Shown here in pieces: positions 59,233 through 64,000 of a stretch of DNA of 64,000 bases. Numbering within the stretch: the stretch's first letter is position 1; every line of letters begins with the position of its first letter. The stretch is taken from contig CP066697.1 in assembly GCA_016432625.1 (NCBI GenBank), positions 586,561 through 650,560 on the forward strand, written 5' to 3'. Both the position numbers and the translations under genes were made by a program. Below the pieces are notes generated by a model, which saw nothing but the letters and a program-made list of their open reading frames with translations, ran no database searches and was not told the DNA's origin. Origin of the DNA: Candidatus Berkelbacteria bacterium (GTDB lineage Bacteria > Patescibacteriota > UBA1384 > 2-12-FULL-50-11).

Positions 59233-61909
59233 AACCCTGCTGCAAGCGTGCCCAGTTCAAGCTGACGCGCCGGACCGCCTTACGGAGCTCATCGGCGAGG
59301 ATAATCGAGGCGGTAATCGCAACTATCGAAACGACAGTAAGCGTATCTATCGCCGCCAAGCCCAGCAAATCCCTCATTGCGGGCATTGCTAAAACTAGGG
59401 CTTGTAAGATTGTCGCTACGGCGAATGAGATTAGTAGTAACGGGTTGATTGGAAGTTTGAGCGAGAACACCGATTTCGTATGGCTGCGGGCGTTAAAAAC
59501 ATTCAAGAGCTGGAAGAAAACCATCGCCGTAAGCGTTGCCGTCCGAGCGTAATCGACGCCGTGCTTCAGGGTGAATAGGTAAACTCCTAACGAGCCAGCC
59601 GCCATCACTAACGATAGAACTACCATCCGCCAGAACATGCCGGAGTCGACTAATGAAGCTCCGTGTGGCCGAGGCTGCTGACGCATCAGGTCAGTCTCCG
59701 CCGGCTCAACGGTTAACGCCATCGACATCACGCCGTCCGTCACGAGGTTCATCCACAAAATCTGAACCGCGAGCAGCGGCAATGGAATGCCAACAAAAAG
59801 CGCGTAAACAATAATGAACAACTCGGCGAAAGTTGTTGAAGTAAGATAGAAAACGACCTTACGAAGGTTCTCCCAAATCAGGCGACCCTCGGCAATGGCG
59901 TTAACAATCGCTTCAAAATTATCTTGTAGAAGAACCATCTCGGAAGCCTCAATCGCGACGTCGGTGCCACTTCGACCCATGGCGATGCCGATGTCGGCTC
60001 TTTTCAACGCTGGGGCGTCATTAACACCGTCGCCAGTCATGGCAACAATTTCCCCACGACGTTGCAGCTTCTCGACTATTTTCAGTTTGTCTGCCGGTGT
60101 GGCCCTGGCAACAACGCTCACGTCCTCAAGATCGTGGTGGCCTAGATCATTAGCGTGGATTGCCTTGCCGTGAATATCCAGGCCGATTTTCTGGGCGATT
60201 GTCTCAGCCGTCAGAAGGTGGTCCCCAGTAAGCATAATAACCCGGACGCCGGCCTCTTTAGCTGTACTGATTGCCTTTCTTACTTCTGCGCGGATCGGGT
60301 CGGCAATACAAAAGTAGCCGACGAAAGTCAGATCTTTGAGATGTCGCTCGTTGGGCGTTTCCGAGCCTGGTCGGTCGCTGTAGGCAAGCGCCACCAAGCG
60401 ATACCCCTGCTTAGCGTAGGCAGAGGCCCGTTCTTCCAAATTTGCCCGTGAGCGCGCTAATAATCGATTTCTTGTACCTCCAGGCGAGATAACGTGACTG
60501 GAGAGCTGTAAGACTTTTTCAGGCGAACCTTTGGTTATGTAGCGATTATGACGCCCGAAGCGATGGACTGAAGTTGAGTAGCGCAGCTCTTGATCAAACG
60601 GGATCTCTAGTACTTCCGGGTAGCGACGCTCTTCTTTGAAGGCGTAGTAACCAGCTTTTGCCGCAACCACAGAGAGTGCCGTCTCGGTCGGGTCGGTCAG
60701 TATCTGAGCTTGATCCGTTTTTAAGTCCTCCCGTGAGATCGTTGAGGTAGTTGCCATGCTGACAAGCTCGAGGATCAGTTTCAGCCCAGGAAGATGCTCT
60801 GGCGCTACTGGTTTGCTCTCGACTGTAAAGCGTCCGGATAACGAGTAGCCGTGCCCGGTCACTGCAACGTCGTCACCCCCCAGCAGAATCCGCTCCACCA
60901 TCATTTTCCCTTCGGTCAAAGTGCCGGTCTTATCGACGCAAATGACCGTAGCGCTACCCAGCGTCTCCGCTCCGGCAAGTTTTCGGATTAAGGCAGCACG
61001 TCGGTACATTCGTAATAGTCCTACCGATAACACTACAGTGAGCGCTACCGGCAACCCCTCAGGAACAATTGCCACAAGAATTGAGAGGGCAACCGCAAAC
61101 ATGTCCGCTAGAGGTATGCGCTGACTTAGACCAAAGAAGAAGATCAGTATCGTCAGGATAAATGAAGCGAGCAGTATGTAACGCCCGAACTGGGTGATTT
61201 TTCGTTGTAAAAATGTCGGCGTTGGACGGACCCTCGTTACTTCAGCGGAGATGGCGCCAATTTCTGTATTCATCCCGGTGCCAGTGACGACTGCCACCGC
61301 CCGACCGTCAACGAGAAACGTCGACATAAACAGCATATTGGAGCGCTCGGCTAAAACAGTGTCTTCGCGTACAGCGCCAAGCCTTTTGTGAGCAGGGACT
61401 GTTTCGCCGGTCAGGGCCGCCTCGTTGACTCTTAGCTGACCCCCCTCTATCAAACGGGCGTCGGCAGGAACTCGATCGCCAGCTTCCAAAACAATAATAT
61501 CGCCGACAACAATATTCTTGGCCGGTATTTTCTGCTCGATGCCATCACGGATGACGCGAGCCGTTACTGCGAGAGCGTGGCGAAGCTTCTCAATGGTTCG
61601 CTCAGCGCGGTACTCCTGGAAAAAACCGATCGATACGTTCAAAACGACCACCGCCAGCACGACAACTGTATCGGTCATATCCTTCTGCAGGTAAGAAATC
61701 AGTGCTGCCACGATCAGTATTAAAGTTAGCGGACTCTGAAACTGCCGCAATAAAACAATGAGCGCCGAGGCTTTAGGCTTCTCCCGCAACAAATTATAGC
61801 CGTGCCGGCTTAATCTCCGGCTCGCTTCTGCCTCAGAAAGTCCCTTTGCGGCAACAGCGCCAAGCTCGGCTGAAACTTCGCGCTCATTTTTTGACCAAAC
61901 CCCACCCAT
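59222..61909 (-). CDS. P-type cation-transporting ATPase (Ca2+/Mg2+-type, P2-like)
   Basis: DKTGTLT phosphorylation site, MLTGDHLLTA, GDGVNDAPALKRADIGIAMG, 10 TM layout. Confidence 0.9.
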   Translation of the reverse strand: MGGVWSKNEREVSAELGAVAAKGLSEAEASRRLSRHGYNLLREKPKASALIVLLRQFQSPLTLILIVAALISYLQKDMTDTVVVLAVVVLNVSIGFFQEYRAERTIEKLRHALAVTARVIRDGIEQKIPAKNIVVGDIIVLEAGDRVPADARLIEGGQLRVNEAALTGETVPAHKRLGAVREDTVLAERSNMLFMSTFLVDGRAVAVVTGTGMNTEIGAISAEVTRVRPTPTFLQRKITQFGRYILLASFILTILIFFFGLSQRIPLADMFAVALSILVAIVPEGLPVALTVVLSVGLLRMYRRAALIRKLAGAETLGSATVICVDKTGTLTEGKMMVERILLGGDDVAVTGHGYSLSGRFTVESKPVAPEHLPGLKLILELVSMATTSTISREDLKTDQAQILTDPTETALSVVAAKAGYYAFKEERRYPEVLEIPFDQELRYSTSVHRFGRHNRYITKGSPEKVLQLSSHVISPGGTRNRLLARSRANLEERASAYAKQGYRLVALAYSDRPGSETPNERHLKDLTFVGYFCIADPIRAEVRKAISTAKEAGVRVIMLTGDHLLTAETIAQKIGLDIHGKAIHANDLGHHDLEDVSVVARATPADKLKIVEKLQRRGEIVAMTGDGVNDAPALKRADIGIAMGRSGTDVAIEASEMVLLQDNFEAIVNAIAEGRLIWENLRKVVFYLTSTTFAELFIIVYALFVGIPLPLLAVQILWMNLVTDGVMSMALTVEPAETDLMRQQPRPHGASLVDSGMFWRMVVLSLVMAAGSLGVYLFTLKHGVDYARTATLTAMVFFQLLNVFNARSHTKSVFSLKLPINPLLLISFAVATILQALVLAMPAMRDLLGLAAIDTLTVVSIVAITASIILADELRKAVRRVSLNWARLQQGFAD

Positions 61910-62030
61910 TGCTTCTCAGCATAACTGATAAGACAGCTAGCTTGAAGTAAATGTGACGTTTACCGTCGACCACCCTAAAACTAGGGTATATAGTATGGCC
62001 ATATTCGTCCCTTAAGGGACCGGGGGAACA

Positions 62031-63038
62031 ATGATAATCACTGCCCTGGTGGTCTCGGCGCTCGGTAGCGTCGCCACTGTCCGGTCAACGCCGGAGGAGC
62101 TCGCCATGAAGTTGCTCGCCGATTACAAACGCGAGCACGCCTACTCACTTAGCGGCCAAACGCCGCCACGACGTCCCAGCTCGCTAGAAGTTCGTCAAGT
62201 TTACGAGCCTAGCGACAAAACCTGGCGGAAGAAACTAGGTGATCAAGCTGGCATCGTCGTTGAAGACTCTGCCAGCCGATTCGCCGTTGGCCAGTGCACC
62301 TGGCTTGCCTACCTGGCACGTTCCGACTTTCCGTTCGACTCGCGCGGTGGCGGTCGCAACGACGCCAAGAACTGGCTGGATCAAGCCTCCAAGGCCGGCT
62401 GGCCAGTCGGAAGGTTTGTCATCGGGGAACCGATACCGCTGCCGCAACGAGGAGCAATTCTCGTCCATAAGGCATGGCCGGGCAACCCGTCTGGCCACGT
62501 CTCGATCGTCAGCGAGATCATCTCGGAACGATGTTTGGTCGTTTGGGACTGCAACTTCTCGAGCGACCTTGATGGCAAGGTTCGTGAGCGGGTTATAGAG
62601 TTGGACGACTACGTCGCCGGCTACATCTACCGTGACGACGCGACCTGGAGGAATATGTCTAGCAAATGGCTACTGTCTCCTGTCGGAGAGAAAGGCTTCG
62701 GTACGCTGGAGTCTTCCGACGCGAGCGACGGGCCATACTGGTCGAGCGTTGTTCGCCTTAGTCCCGACGTGAGTGACTACGGTCAGATCTTCCTTGAGAT
62801 CTACCCTGATCTTGAGCGGAAGCTAGACCTTGACGTTTACGTCTGGCCCGAACGGTTCACCATCAGGCTGCCGAAATCTGCTGCGAATGTGGCGGTTGCG
62901 GAGGTCGGACCAGTGCCCGTCTCTAAGCTCCCTGATCGGTACGTCGTGGTGCTGGTGCGACCAAATCGCATCACGAGCAGCGATAAGCCGATCAAGCGGT
63001 TGCTGGCCTACGTCAAGTACAGTACCTTGCAACGGTAA
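62031..63038 (+). CDS. secreted CHAP-domain peptidoglycan hydrolase-like protein
   Basis: CHAP Cys (AVGQCTWLAYLA) and His (GHVSIVSEI) motifs; signal-like N-terminus; high GC. Confidence 0.7.
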   Translation: MIITALVVSALGSVATVRSTPEELAMKLLADYKREHAYSLSGQTPPRRPSSLEVRQVYEPSDKTWRKKLGDQAGIVVEDSASRFAVGQCTWLAYLARSDFPFDSRGGGRNDAKNWLDQASKAGWPVGRFVIGEPIPLPQRGAILVHKAWPGNPSGHVSIVSEIISERCLVVWDCNFSSDLDGKVRERVIELDDYVAGYIYRDDATWRNMSSKWLLSPVGEKGFGTLESSDASDGPYWSSVVRLSPDVSDYGQIFLEIYPDLERKLDLDVYVWPERFTIRLPKSAANVAVAEVGPVPVSKLPDRYVVVLVRPNRITSSDKPIKRLLAYVKYSTLQR

Positions 63039-63043
63039 GCCCG

Positions 63044-63067
63044 GGCCCACCCTTTCGGGGGTGGGCC
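63044..63067 (+). terminator. GC-rich hairpin after the CHAP gene (terminator candidate, weak U-tract)
   Basis: GGCCCACCC-tttcgg-GGGTGGGCC, 9 bp stem. Confidence 0.45.
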
Positions 63068-63218
63068 TGACCACGTTTAACTCATAAAAACTCTTGTTAA
63101 GAAACGATATCGATATTTATTCCAAACTGTTTACTGGTCTGGCGACTGGTTTTTGGGAACTTTGTTAATGATTTAAAAGCTCCGCGGCAATATCCTGCAT
63201 AAGCGAAAGGGGAAGTTA

Positions 63219-63416
63219 ATGGTAATGGCTCGACTAAAAAGCAAACGGGGCTTTGCCTCGATGGATGCGAGTACGCAACGACGCATCGCTAGCGCTGGGG
63301 GTAGAGCGGCCCACGCGAGTGGTAATGCCCACCAATGGACCCCGAAAGAGGCTAGCAAGGCGGGTAAGAAAGGTGGCCGGGCTCGCAAGGCGCAACGACG
63401 CGCCTACCGACCGTAG
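63219..63416 (+). CDS. KGG-repeat general-stress-like small basic protein (YciG-like)
   Basis: GFASMDASTQRRIASAGGRAAH...KEASKAGKKGGRA pattern; strong RBS AAAGGGGAAG. Confidence 0.5.
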   Translation: MVMARLKSKRGFASMDASTQRRIASAGGRAAHASGNAHQWTPKEASKAGKKGGRARKAQRRAYRP

Positions 63417-63473
63417 AATTACTACGATGAAGACACAGAAAGCCCTTCCACGAGGGAAGGGCTTTCATGTCGC

Positions 63474-63779
63474 TTACGCTGCTTCTTCGTTCGATTGACG
63501 TGGGCCGCGATCTGATCGATCTGAGCGTTCTGTCATCGGACGAGCTTCGTTGACCGTTACCGGTCGGCCGTCGATTTCTTTGCCATTAAGGGTTTCAATC
63601 GCCTTAGTAGCTTCTTCGTCGGAGGCCATTTCAACAAAGCCGAAACCTTTGGAGCGACCTGACATCTTATCCGTTATAACTGTGGCGGATTCGACTGTTC
63701 CAAGTGCAGCAAAGGCTGTGCGCAAACTTTCGTCGGTTGTATCCCAAGAGAGATTACCGACAAATAAACGTTTTGCCAT
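63474..63779 (-). CDS. RRM-type RNA-binding protein
   Basis: RNP-2 LFVGNLSW and RNP-1 KGFGFVEM motifs. Confidence 0.8.
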   Translation of the reverse strand: MAKRLFVGNLSWDTTDESLRTAFAALGTVESATVITDKMSGRSKGFGFVEMASDEEATKAIETLNGKEIDGRPVTVNEARPMTERSDRSDRGPRQSNEEAA

Positions 63780-64000
63780 TTATTGCCTTTCAAAACTAAT
63801 TCCTTAGGTGCGACCTCTGACTTTGCGTAACGAGCGCACTTACCTAACGGTCGCAACCCACTACAAAACCAGATACCTATTGCGTAGATTATAACACGGA
63901 TCCGGCAGCTAGCCTAGTAATCTAAGCTCGCGCCGCTACCAAACAGCATGCCAGCAACGATGCTCCAGGTAGATACCATGATGACAATTCCGATTACGAA

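Overview
This 64 kb window is a gene-dense, mostly minus-strand bacterial chromosomal segment of about 50% GC. Gene content (compact housekeeping genes, type IV pilus, LemA, DUF2207, Rpf-like) is consistent with a reduced-genome Gram-positive-type lineage such as Patescibacteria/Saccharibacteria, which I cannot confirm without a search. The housekeeping core is: a C-terminally window-truncated htrA, mscS, gatB/gatA/gatC, ligA, htpX, lemA, an S41 C-terminal processing protease, mnmA, tatD, metG, rsmI, rsmA, an RpfB-like G5/transglycosylase protein, pcrA/uvrD, dnaB, dnaX, murA, plsC, ileS, hisS, tdk and a P-type ATPase. A complete plus-strand type IV pilus operon lies at 25.4-34.4 kb (pilB-pilC-pilM-pilN-pilO plus three prepilin-like proteins). 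Its PilB carries an unusual N-terminal HU/IHF-like domain. Two tRNAs were found by hand-folding: tRNA-Trp(CCA) and tRNA-Glu(CUC). The most interesting region is a higher-GC block at about 40.1-48.1 kb with C/G-ending codon bias that is centred on tryptophan. It holds a canonical trpS co-transcribed with an APH-like kinase, a Pol-beta-type nucleotidyltransferase and a divergent second TrpRS paralog. After these come a short GCS2/YbdK-type carboxylate-amine ligase preceded by a 17-codon leader ORF with tandem Trp codons and a terminator hairpin (trp-attenuator-like), a convergent AstE/AspA-family zinc deacylase, and tRNA-Trp with its own promoter co-transcribed with an 8-Cys zinc-ribbon mini-protein, a group II PLP-dependent decarboxylase and a small hypothetical protein. 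I propose this as a candidate horizontally acquired Trp/TrpRS-centred module: either biosynthesis plus self-immunity for an aminoacyl-tRNA-synthetase-targeting or Trp-derived metabolite, or a Trp-starvation response. Secondary oddities are a LuxI/N-acyl-amino-acid-synthase-like GNAT plus ThiF-like E1 upstream of a GAF sensor kinase and orphan REC domain, a CvpA-CAP fusion, and a 375 bp structured intergenic region with partial collinear resemblance to RNase P RNA. All calls come from reading the sequence and the ORF translations; no database searches were run.
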